A stretch of 64,000 nucleotides of DNA from an uncultured Gaiellaceae bacterium (GTDB taxonomy: Bacteria; Actinomycetota; Thermoleophilia; Gaiellales; Gaiellaceae), in assembly GCA_963734975.1 (NCBI GenBank), contig CAVTJQ010000020.1:113119-177118 (forward strand), in the 5' to 3' direction. Positions 47,992-56,255 of the stretch are shown here, in pieces (the stretch's first letter is position 1; every line of letters begins with the position of its first letter). The notes below the pieces were generated by a model. That model had not been told where the DNA came from and searched no databases. It was given only the letters and a program-made list of their open reading frames with translations. The translations under genes and the position numbers were made by a program.

Positions 47992-48988
47992 GTGCTCGCG
48001 GACGCCCACACCGACCTGCTGATGGAGCTCGCATACCGTTCGCACCGGCTCGGTGAACACGACGTCTTCGCCCGGACCTGGCTGCCGTTGCTCGAGGCCG
48101 GCGACGTGGGGCTCCAGGTGTGCCCCATCTTCGTGGAGCTCCACCACCAGCCGGAGGGAACGCTGCGGCAGGCGCTCGGACAGGTCGCCGCCTTCCATGC
48201 CGCCGTGCGCGAGAACGGCGACCGCGTCGTCGCGGTCCGGACACGGGCCGACCTCGAGCTCGTCGAGCGCGGCGAGCGAATCGGGCTCGTGCTCGCCCTC
48301 GAGGGCGTCGAGCCGCTCGGTTACGAGACGTGGGGCGGCGACCTCTTCTGGGAGCTCGGCCTTGCGCGTGGCCGGCCTGACGTGGAACCGCCGCAATCCG
48401 TATGCGGACGGCGCCGCCGAGCAGGGAGGTCTCTCGCGGCTCGGGCGGGCACTGCTCGCGCGCCTGGCCGAGCTCGGCGTCGTGCTCGACCTCTCCCACG
48501 CCTCGGAACGGCTCTTCGCCGAGTGCCTCGATCTCTACGAGGGCCGCGTCTGCGTGACGCACGCCGCGTGTCGCGCAGTCCACGACCATCCGCGCAACCT
48601 CACCGACGAGCAGCTGGGGGCGCTGGCCGACCGCGACGGCCTGCTCGGAGTGATGCTGCATCCCCTCGCGATCGACCCGGAGCGGCGGACGATCGAGCGG
48701 GTGATCGACCACCTGGAGCACGCTGCTTCGGTGCTCGGCCCGGAGCGCATCTGCCTCGGCGGCGACTGGACGAAGCGCCTGACCGCGGTGCTCGGGAGCG
48801 CCCCCGTCCCCGACGCGCTGATGCCGCCCGGCCTGGAGGACGGCATGAGCATCGAGGGCCTGACCGGGCCGGAGGACTACGGCGTCCTCGTCGAGGCGCT
48901 GCGTGCGCGCGGCTGGGAGGGCGACCGGCTGGACGGTCTGCTCTCGGCGAACCTCGTCCGGCTGTTCCGCGAGACGCTCCCCGCCTGA
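47992..48988 (+). CDS. Membrane dipeptidase (peptidase M19 family); apparent +1 frameshift near 48357-48368
   Basis: VLADAHTDLLMELAYR...LQVCPIFVE...LVLALEGVEPLG...DLFWELG comes from ORF 47476..49164. It continues as LRVAGLTWNRRNPYADG...VVLDLSHASERLF...VTHAACRAVHDHPRNLTDEQL...ICLGGDW in ORF 48053..48988. Confidence 0.8.
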
Positions 48989-49042
48989 CGCGCCGAGCGA
49001 AAGATCGCGTGACGATCGCACCATTTGTGACGTATAACGCGG

Positions 49043-51010
49043 GTGATGACCTTTCGCAGACGCGTCGGACTGCTCGCCGCGCTGGCGGTTCTGCTCGTCG
49101 CCACGCTGGCCGGCGGCGCCGACCGATCCGCCGTCGAGGTTGCGCGCGCTGCGACGACCGCTGAGGCGGGCGCGGCGGCGAAGGCCGGGCGTCTCGTCGC
49201 GTTCGGATCGTGCGGAGCTCTGCTCGGCCACGCCAAGTCGCAGGCAAAGCGCTTCGTCGGCCCGTGGGGCTTCGGCGGCTCGCTGGCTGCCGATACGGTC
49301 GGCAGGCCGGCCACGCCGAGCGCCGCGCGCGCGGCGACGCCCGAGCAGGGCGTCGACTACTCCGGCACGAACGTCCAGGAGGAAGGCGTCGACGAGCCCG
49401 ACCTCGTGAAGACGAACGGGACGACGCTCTTCACCGTCGCGGGCGGGAAGCTGAACGCCGTCGACGTCGCGACCGGCACGCCTCGCCTGCTCGACACCCT
49501 GAAGCTCGACGGCGGCTGGAGCCACGAGCTGCTCCTGCACGGAGACCGCCTGCTCGTCCTCTCTCGCGGCGGCTTCTGGATCGAGCCGATGCCGGCACTG
49601 GCAGCGCGGATGATGCCGTACTCACCCGCCGAGTCCGTGCTGGCGGAAATGGACGTGTCGAATCCGAAGGCGCTGCGTCTCGTCCGCACGCTCACGCTGG
49701 ACGGCTCCTATCTCGCCGCGCGGCTCGTCGGAGGCAGCGTCCGCGTCGTCGCTACGTCACCGCTGCCGGGCGACCTGCCGTTCGAGCAGCCGGCGAGCAC
49801 GACCAAGGAAGGGCTCGCTGCGGCAACCGAGCGGAACCGGGCGATCGTCGGCTCCTCGCGCCTCGCCACCTGGCTGCCTTCCTACCGCATCTCGCGTCCG
49901 CGGGCGGGCCGTGGGAAGGCGCGTCCGCTCGTCCAGTGCCGCAACGTGCGCAGGCCGGCCGCCTTCTCCGGGCTCGGCATGCTGACGGTGCTGACGATCG
50001 ACCTCGCGAAGGGACTCGAGCCCGTCCACTCGGCCGCAGTGATGACCGATGCCCGCATCGTCTACGCCTCGCCGGAGAGCCTCTACGTCGCGACGGAGCG
50101 CTGGGCGGACCGCCCCGACCCGGACAAGCCGACTGAGACGCAGGACGGCGTCACGACGGCCATCCATTCCTTCGACATCTCGAGCCCGTCGCGGACGCTG
50201 TACCGCGGCAGCGGGCGCGTCTCGGGCTACCTGCTCAGCCAGTGGTCGCTCTCGGAGCATCGCGGTGTCCTGCGCGTCGTCAGCACGGAGGCGCCGGCAT
50301 GGTGGAGCGGCCGCGTCGCCGAGACCGAGTCGTTCCTGACCACGCTGCGCCTCCGGGCCGGTGGGCTCGTACAGGCCGGAAGGATCGGCGGGCTCGGCAA
50401 GGGCGAGCGCGTCTACGCGGTGCGCTTCGTGGGCGACACGGGCTACGTCGTCACCTTCCGGCAGATCGATCCGCTCTACACGATCGACCTCGCCGTCCCG
50501 GAGCAGCCGCGCGTGGTCGGGGAGCTGAAGATCCCCGGCTACTCGGCGTACCTGCATCCGATCGGCGACGACCTGCTGCTCGGAATCGGCCAGGACGCGA
50601 CGGAGGACGGCAGGCCGACCGGGACGCAGGTGTCGGTCTTCGACGTCTCCGACCTCCGGCGGCCGACGCGGCTGCACCGGCTCGCTCTCGGGGCGGGCTG
50701 GTCCGAGGCGGAATCCGACCATCACGCGTTCCTCTTCTGGCCGCGAACGGGGCTCGTCGTCATCCCGTTCGACCAACGGGCGGTCGGGCTCCGAGTGAGC
50801 CGCACCAGCGGGATCGCGCAGGTCGGCCGCGTCGAGCATCCGACGCCGCGAGCCTTGTACGAACCGGGAATCCGCCGCTCGCTCGTCGTCCGGAACGCCG
50901 TGCTCACGGTCTCGGACAGCGGCGTCAAGTCGAGCAGCCTGCAGACCTTCGGCGCGCTGGGCTGGGCCGCGTTCCCGCCGCCGGAGCCGCCGAAGCCCGA
51001 CGGCGGCTAG
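49043..51010 (+). CDS. Secreted beta-propeller domain protein
   Basis: 655-aa intact ORF with the signal/TM MMTFRRRVGLLAALAVLLVATLAGG. It also carries YSGTNVQEEGVDEPDLVKTNG, YVVTFRQIDPLYTIDLAVPEQPRVVGELKIPGYSAYLHPIGDDLLLGIG and VSVFDVSD, as in bacterial 'beta propeller domain' proteins. Confidence 0.8.
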   Translation: MMTFRRRVGLLAALAVLLVATLAGGADRSAVEVARAATTAEAGAAAKAGRLVAFGSCGALLGHAKSQAKRFVGPWGFGGSLAADTVGRPATPSAARAATPEQGVDYSGTNVQEEGVDEPDLVKTNGTTLFTVAGGKLNAVDVATGTPRLLDTLKLDGGWSHELLLHGDRLLVLSRGGFWIEPMPALAARMMPYSPAESVLAEMDVSNPKALRLVRTLTLDGSYLAARLVGGSVRVVATSPLPGDLPFEQPASTTKEGLAAATERNRAIVGSSRLATWLPSYRISRPRAGRGKARPLVQCRNVRRPAAFSGLGMLTVLTIDLAKGLEPVHSAAVMTDARIVYASPESLYVATERWADRPDPDKPTETQDGVTTAIHSFDISSPSRTLYRGSGRVSGYLLSQWSLSEHRGVLRVVSTEAPAWWSGRVAETESFLTTLRLRAGGLVQAGRIGGLGKGERVYAVRFVGDTGYVVTFRQIDPLYTIDLAVPEQPRVVGELKIPGYSAYLHPIGDDLLLGIGQDATEDGRPTGTQVSVFDVSDLRRPTRLHRLALGAGWSEAESDHHAFLFWPRTGLVVIPFDQRAVGLRVSRTSGIAQVGRVEHPTPRALYEPGIRRSLVVRNAVLTVSDSGVKSSSLQTFGALGWAAFPPPEPPKPDGG

Positions 51011-52098
51011 GGAATCACCAGCACTCGCCCGGGCGTCCCGGCGAGCGAAGCCTGGAACGCGTCGTCGGCGCGGTCGAGCGGGTAGCTCGGGCCGACGAGG
51101 CTCGCCAGGTCGAGCTCGCCCGAGCGGACGAGGTCGAGCAGTTGCGGCAGCGCGACGGCGGGATCCTCGGAGCCGTAGATCGTCCCCGTGAGCGTCTTCT
51201 CGCGGTTCGTGAAGTCGAGCGGGTCGAGGTCGAGCCGCGCACCCGCCGCGGGGAGGCCGACGACGACCGTCGTGCCGCCGCCGCGCGTCCAGCGGAGCGC
51301 GAGTGCGGTCGTCTCGGGCGCGCCGACGGCGTCGAAGGCGTAGTCGACGCCCTCGGGGTCGAACGCCCGCAACGCCTCGCGCACGTCGTCGGGCGCGAAC
51401 GCGTGCGTGGCGCCGAGGCGCAGCGCCTGCTCGCGGCGCGCAGCGACCGGATCGACCACGAGCACGGCGGCCGCGCCGGCGATGCGCGCGCCCTGGACGA
51501 CGAACTGCCCCACGCCGCCCGCGCCGAGCACGAGCGCCGAGAAGCCCGGCTCGGGCCGCGCCGCGTTCAGCACCGCTCCCACGCCGGTGAGCGCGGCACA
51601 GCCGAGCAGCGCCGCGTGCTCCAGCGGCACGTCCTCCGCAAGCGGCAGCGCCGCGCCGGCGGCGACGACCACGTGCTCGGCGAGCGCGCCGGTCGCGGTG
51701 CCGCGATAGACGGTCTCGCCGTCGAGCGAGAGACCGGTGTGCCCGCCGAGCAGGGTGCCGCGACCGATCGCGGACGAGAGCGGGCCGCACGCCGCGGGAC
51801 GGCCACGCCTGCACGCACCGCACTCGCCGCAGGCCGGCGCCCACGAGAGCACCACGCGATCGCCCTCGGCAACGCCTTCCACCTCGGCGCCGACCGCCTC
51901 GACGACGCCGGCACCCTCGTGCCCGAGCACGATCGGCGTCGGCCGGCGCCACTCGCCCTTGTAGGAATGGAGATCCGTGCCGCAGACGCCGACTGCCGTC
52001 ATCCGCACGACCACCTCGCCGGTGCGCGGCTCCTCGACGTCCAGCTCGACGAGCTCCAGCAGCCCCGGCTCCCGCATCAGCGCCGCACGCGTCCTCAC
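51007..52098 (-). CDS. Zinc-dependent alcohol dehydrogenase family (MDR) oxidoreductase
   Basis: GVCGTDLH...GHEGAGVVEAVG...CGECGACRRG...LVLGAGGVGQ. GTG 52098 overlaps the upstream SDR stop (GTGA). The rest of track ORF 51007..52527 overlaps the SDR out of frame. Confidence 0.85.
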   Translation of the reverse strand: MRTRAALMREPGLLELVELDVEEPRTGEVVVRMTAVGVCGTDLHSYKGEWRRPTPIVLGHEGAGVVEAVGAEVEGVAEGDRVVLSWAPACGECGACRRGRPAACGPLSSAIGRGTLLGGHTGLSLDGETVYRGTATGALAEHVVVAAGAALPLAEDVPLEHAALLGCAALTGVGAVLNAARPEPGFSALVLGAGGVGQFVVQGARIAGAAAVLVVDPVAARREQALRLGATHAFAPDDVREALRAFDPEGVDYAFDAVGAPETTALALRWTRGGGTTVVVGLPAAGARLDLDPLDFTNREKTLTGTIYGSEDPAVALPQLLDLVRSGELDLASLVGPSYPLDRADDAFQASLAGTPGRVLVIP

Positions 52099-52808
52099 CG
52101 CATCAGCATCCCGCCATTGACGTCGAGCGTCGCACCGGTCACGAAGCCCGCCGCGTCGGACGCGAGATACGCGACGGCCGCCGCCACCTCCTCCGGCCGG
52201 CCGAGACGCCCGACGGGAATCGTCTTCAGCATCGCCTCCAGCCGCGCCGGCTCGACGCTTGCGACGGACGGGCCGTCGATCGCAGCGGGCGCAACGGCAT
52301 TCACCGTCACGCCCGAGCCCGCCAGCTCGTGCGCCGCATGCCTCGTCAGAGCGACGATCGCCGCCTTCGAGGTCGCGTAGTGGACGCCTGTCGCCGAGGT
52401 GCTTCGCTGCCCTGCGACAGACGCGAGATTGACGATCCGGCCGGCACCTCGGTCGCGCATCTGCGCCCCGACGACGCGGCAGCCGAGGTACGTGCCGCGC
52501 AGGTTCGTCGCGAGCACGTCGTCCCACTCGTCGACCTCGATCTCCCAGAACGAGCGAAACTCGGTGCGGGCCGCGTTGTTCACGAGCACGTCCACCTCGC
52601 CCGCAGCCGCGAGCAGGCGCTCCCAGGATTCGAGGCTGCGCACGTCGTGCTCGATCGCCGGCGCGTTTCCCCCGAGCTCGGCGGCCAGCGCCTCGGCGCC
52701 GTCCAGGTTCACGTCCGCGAGCACGACGCGGTCACCGTCCGAGTGGAGCCGCCGGGCGATCGCCTCGCCGAGACCCCGCGCCGCACCCGTCACGACGGCT
52801 GTCCGCAC
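52095..52808 (-). CDS. Short-chain dehydrogenase/reductase (SDR)
   Basis: 237-aa ORF with TGAARGLGEAIA, LVNNAA, the catalytic YATSKAA, and GATLDVNGG. Confidence 0.9.
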   Translation of the reverse strand: MRTAVVTGAARGLGEAIARRLHSDGDRVVLADVNLDGAEALAAELGGNAPAIEHDVRSLESWERLLAAAGEVDVLVNNAARTEFRSFWEIEVDEWDDVLATNLRGTYLGCRVVGAQMRDRGAGRIVNLASVAGQRSTSATGVHYATSKAAIVALTRHAAHELAGSGVTVNAVAPAAIDGPSVASVEPARLEAMLKTIPVGRLGRPEEVAAAVAYLASDAAGFVTGATLDVNGGMLMR

Positions 52809-52811
52809 CGG

Positions 52812-53559
52812 CTACTCGACCACGACGTGGATCCGCTGCTTCGACTCCCGTAGCGGGCCGCCGCCGCGCTCGGCGCGCGTCGCGAGCGCCTCGGCGAGGA
52901 TCGAGACGGCCGTTTCCTCGTTCGAGTCGGCGCCGATGTCCAGCCCGCACGGCCCCGAGATCCGCGGCAGCTCGTCCTCCGCGACGCCCGCCTCGAGCAG
53001 CCGCTCGCGCCGCCGCTCCTGATTGCGGCGCGAGCCGAGCGCGCCGATGTAGAACGCCTCCGTCGCCAGGGCGGCCTTCAGCGCCGGCACGTCGAACTTG
53101 TCGTCGTGCGTCAGCACCACGACGGCCGTCGAGTGATCGGGGGCCACCTGCGCAAAGGTCTCCTCGGGCCACTCGACGACGAGCTCGTCCGCGCTCGGGA
53201 TCCGCTCCGCCGTGGCGAACTTTCCGCGTGCGTCGGCGACGATCGTGGTCCAGCCCAGCAGCTTGGCGGCGCGGCAGAGCGACTCTGCCGTGTCGACGGC
53301 GCCGTAGACGAGCAGGCGCGGCGGCGGGCCGTAGACCTCGCAGAAGACGCGGCGCCCCTCCAGCTCGAGCAGCTTGTTGCGGCCACCGCGGATCAGCGCG
53401 CCGACATGCTGAGCCAGCTCTGGCGGGCCCGTCGCCCTCGATCTCGCCCGACTCGCGCGCGAGCAGCTTGCCGCCGGCGCCGTCGCCCTCGAGCACGGTG
53501 AAGAGCACCGCGTGCTCACCCGACTCGGCGAGCCCGACAAGCCGCTCCAGCAGCGTCAT
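52812..53559 (-). CDS. XdhC/CoxI-family accessory protein (full length); apparent +1 frameshift near 53423-53433
   Basis: MTLLERLVGLAESGEHAVLFTVLEGDGAGGKLLARESGEIEGDG comes from ORF 52732..53616. It continues as PPELAQHVGALIRGG...RLLVYGAVDTAESLCRAAKLLGW...VVLTHDDKFD...IGALGSRRN in ORF 52812..53540. The ATG overlaps the upstream stop (ATGA). Confidence 0.75.
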
Positions 53560-53867
53560 GCCAGGCGTTCGAGGAAGACGTCGATCTCGCCGCCGCAGGG
53601 GAGGCCGACGCTCCACGCCTCGTCGTCGGTGATCCCGTACGACAGCAGCTTCGGCTCGCCGGTCGCGAGCACCGTGCGTGACTCCTCGTAGACGTCGTTC
53701 TCGACACAGCCGCCCGAGACCGAGCCGCAGAGCTTGCCGCTCTCCGAGATCGCGAGGCTCGAGCCGACGGGCCGCGGCGCCGACCGGCGGGTGGCGACGA
53801 CGGTGGCGACGACGATGCGCTCGCCCGCCTGCCGCCAGGCCTCCAGCTCCGGGAGGATCTCCTTCAC
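53556..53867 (-). CDS. XdhC/CoxI N-terminal-domain-only protein
   Basis: The 103-aa ORF reads MKEILPELEAWRQAGERIVVATVVATRRSAPRPVGSSLAISESGKLCGSVSGGCVENDV...GLPCGGEIDVFLE. Confidence 0.75.
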   Translation of the reverse strand: MKEILPELEAWRQAGERIVVATVVATRRSAPRPVGSSLAISESGKLCGSVSGGCVENDVYEESRTVLATGEPKLLSYGITDDEAWSVGLPCGGEIDVFLERLA

Positions 53868-53914
53868 GGCACAGACACTATCGCGAGCGAACCGCGCGGC
53901 GATAGCCTGCCCGG

Positions 53915-54118
53915 GTGAACGACCAGGCGTCCGTGAGCTTGCTGCGCTGGCTGCGGCGGCAACTGCGCGAGCCGACTCCCTGGCGGGAGCGGCTCGAGGC
54001 GGCCGTGGCGAACGACGACCCCACCGAGGCGCGGCGGCTGCTCGCGAAGATGGAGTTCACCGACGCGCAGCGCCACCACGTCGCCGGGCTGATCGACCGC
54101 TGGGAGCAGGGACGCTGA
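53915..54118 (+). CDS. Hypothetical small protein
   Basis: 67-aa ORF with helical, protein-like composition (LLRWLRRQLREPTPWRERLEAAVANDDPTEARRLLAKMEFTDAQRHHVAGLIDRWEQ). No family was recognised. Confidence 0.4.
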   Translation: MNDQASVSLLRWLRRQLREPTPWRERLEAAVANDDPTEARRLLAKMEFTDAQRHHVAGLIDRWEQGR

Positions 54119-54120
54119 GT

Positions 54121-54522
54121 ATTCGGCAGCAGAGCATCCAGGGAAATGCTGCGCTCGTCCGGCGGATCATGGAGGCGTTCGCGCAGAAAGAGGGCTTCGC
54201 GCTCCGGGACTGCTTTGCCGAGGATGCGGTCTGGCACGTTCCGGGCACCGGCGTCATGTCGGGCACCTACCACGGCCGCTCGGAGATCTTCCGCTTCCTC
54301 GCCCGGCTGCCGAAGCTGACCGGAGGCACGTACCGCTCGACGTTCGTCGACGCGCTGGCGAGCGAGGAGCGTGGCGCGGGCCTCTACCGGGCGCGCGGCG
54401 AGCGGAACGGCCGCACGCTCGACATCGACCAGTTGCTCCTCTTCACGATCCGGGACGGCGTCGTCGTCGAGGTGCTCGCGCTGCCGAGCGACCCGGCTGC
54501 GTTCGAGGCGTTCTGGGCCTAG
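54121..54522 (+). CDS. SnoaL/NTF2-like fold protein; start codon unresolved
   Basis: NAALVRRIMEAFAQKEGFALRDCFAEDAVWHVPGTGVMSGTYHGRSEIFRFL...LLLFTIRDGVVVEV is the tail of ORF 53734..54522. There is no ATG or GTG between the upstream stop region and ATG 54169, so the start may be hidden by an indel. Confidence 0.65.
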   Translation: MRQQSIQGNAALVRRIMEAFAQKEGFALRDCFAEDAVWHVPGTGVMSGTYHGRSEIFRFLARLPKLTGGTYRSTFVDALASEERGAGLYRARGERNGRTLDIDQLLLFTIRDGVVVEVLALPSDPAAFEAFWA

Positions 54523-55718
54523 GACCAGGTCTCCAGGATCGGGAAGCGCGCTCGCCCGTCGACGCAGTCGGCGGCGAAGAGCGCGACGCCGGGGTCGCCC
54601 GTCCAGAGCGAGTAGCGGCCGCGGCCCCGCTCCGCGCGCGCCGCCAGCGTCTGCTCGAGTGCATGCACGGCAAAGCGGCGTGCGCGCTCGAGCCAGAGCT
54701 CATCGCCCGTTCGCTCGAAGGTCGCCAGGAGCGCGTAGCCGTTCCCCGCGGTGCCGTGGCAGAGGCCGGCGCCCTTCTCGTCTCCGTGGGCGCCTGCTTC
54801 CCAGACCGTCCGCGCACCGGCCAGCAGCAGCTCCTCGTCGAGGTAGTCGAACGCCGTCGCGACGATGCCCGGCGCGCCCTGATCCCATTGCAGGCGGATC
54901 TGGTCGTCGCTCGCGACCAGCGGCTTGCCGACTGCGCCCGGCCAGTTGGTCTTTCCGTTCGCGACGACCGCCGTACGGGCGAGCAGCGCCGACGCTTCGC
55001 GCTCTAGCGTCGCGCGCTCCTCATTCGCGAGCGGCCCGTCGAGCAGGACTCGCACGTTGCCGACCGCGCCGTGGATCGGACCGAGCCCGCGGTAGACCTC
55101 GCCGTAGAGCCGCTGCGCCCACATTCCATCGGCGTCACGCCGCCCGATCAGCGCATCCGCGCTCTCGCGCCAGGCATCCGCCCACCGCTCCTCGCCGGTC
55201 GCCTCGTGCAGGGCGCGGGCAGCGAGCATCGTCCCGGGCGCTCCCCACATCAGCTCCTCCGCAGGGTTGTCGCGGTTCGCGTGCACGAGCGCGAGCAGCT
55301 CGTCCGCGAACGACTTAGTGTTGTTCCAACACAAAGTCAGGACGGCAAGGATCCCGCTCTCGCCCTCGAGCAGGCTCGCGTCGGACGGCTGCGGGAGCTC
55401 GATGCCCGCCATCAGGTCGGGCCGCTCGCGCCGCAGCTCCAGCGTGCGCAGCGCCGCTCGCTTCAGCTCGAGCCGCGAGCTTGCGAGATCACGCTCACCG
55501 AGCGCCCACAGCGCCCAGATCACGCCGGCCGCGCCGACGTAGAGATTCTTCAGCGGCAGCGGTGTGCTCCAGCCGTCCCACTCGTGGGCCGGCCAAAGCG
55601 CGTCGGCGTCGAACGCCGCGTCGATGTCGGCGACGATCTCCGCGATCGCCTCCCGCACACGGTTATCGCTCCACGGCGTCGGCGAGAGCGCGGTGAACGC
55701 ATCCGGCCGGTACAGCAC
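54519..55718 (-). CDS. LanC-like (lanthionine synthetase C family) protein with one altered zinc-ligand motif
   Basis: Repeated alpha-toroid G-rich motifs are present: YVGAAGVIWAL, EGESGILAV, MWGAPGTMLAA, GLGPIHGAVGN, WDQGAPGIVAT, GLCHGTAGNGYAL. The CHG motif is present, but the WCxG motif reads WDQG. I prefer GTG 55718. Confidence 0.75.
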   Translation of the reverse strand: MLYRPDAFTALSPTPWSDNRVREAIAEIVADIDAAFDADALWPAHEWDGWSTPLPLKNLYVGAAGVIWALWALGERDLASSRLELKRAALRTLELRRERPDLMAGIELPQPSDASLLEGESGILAVLTLCWNNTKSFADELLALVHANRDNPAEELMWGAPGTMLAARALHEATGEERWADAWRESADALIGRRDADGMWAQRLYGEVYRGLGPIHGAVGNVRVLLDGPLANEERATLEREASALLARTAVVANGKTNWPGAVGKPLVASDDQIRLQWDQGAPGIVATAFDYLDEELLLAGARTVWEAGAHGDEKGAGLCHGTAGNGYALLATFERTGDELWLERARRFAVHALEQTLAARAERGRGRYSLWTGDPGVALFAADCVDGRARFPILETWS

Positions 55719-55719
55719 C

Positions 55720-56253
55720 TCAGCGCTCCGGCAGCCACCCGTCGCGGGCGCGGGTCGGCGTGTCGTCGGGGACGCCTGCGTACGCCTCGCCGGACTCGTG
55801 CGTTGTCTTCGCCACTCCCGCCCCGTGGCGCTGTGCGAGCTCGGAGGCGGGGTAGACGACACCGGCCCCCTCCGTGCGGCTGCCGATAGACAGGATCACG
55901 CAGTCGCCCTCGCCGGCCCCCACGAAGACGTGCTCCGTCCAGGCAGGGCAATGGACGAAGTCCCACGCGCGCAGGCGTCGCTCCTCGCCTTCCACGAGCA
56001 GCAGGCACTCGCCCCGGAGGACGAGGAAGTTCTCCTGCTCGTCCTCGCCGTGGTACATGCAGCTCGGCTGGCCCGGCGCGAGCACGCTCAGGTTGATGCC
56101 CACCTGCGGGAACCGTGCGTCCCCTTCGAAGCGCGTATAGGCGCCGAAGGTGCCTTCCTGCCAGCGCGCCTCGCGCGCGTTGACGACGAACCAGCCCTCG
56201 CCCTGCGGAACGAGGCCGTGCTCCGTGCTGTCGAGCGGGGCTTCGGGAACCAT
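55720..56253 (-). CDS. Cupin domain protein
   Basis: From ATG 56253 it reads MVPEAPLDSTEHGLVPQGEGWFVVNAREA...CMYHGEDEQENFLVLRGECLLLVEGEERRLRAWDFVHCPAWTEHVFVG. It is the tail of shadow ORF 55720..57570. Confidence 0.75.
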   Translation of the reverse strand: MVPEAPLDSTEHGLVPQGEGWFVVNAREARWQEGTFGAYTRFEGDARFPQVGINLSVLAPGQPSCMYHGEDEQENFLVLRGECLLLVEGEERRLRAWDFVHCPAWTEHVFVGAGEGDCVILSIGSRTEGAGVVYPASELAQRHGAGVAKTTHESGEAYAGVPDDTPTRARDGWLPER

Positions 56254-56255
56254 GG

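Noticed and set aside
46439-49540. 1033-aa minus-strand ORF
   Set aside because: It is a composite of antisense readings of the beta-propeller, dipeptidase and malate synthase genes. Only the lipoprotein segment from ATG 47452 downward is credible.
9020-53433. Programmed ribosomal frameshifting as an explanation for the split genes
   Set aside because: There is no shared slippery heptamer or downstream structure at the junctions. The affected genes are unrelated housekeeping enzymes that are single ORFs in other organisms.
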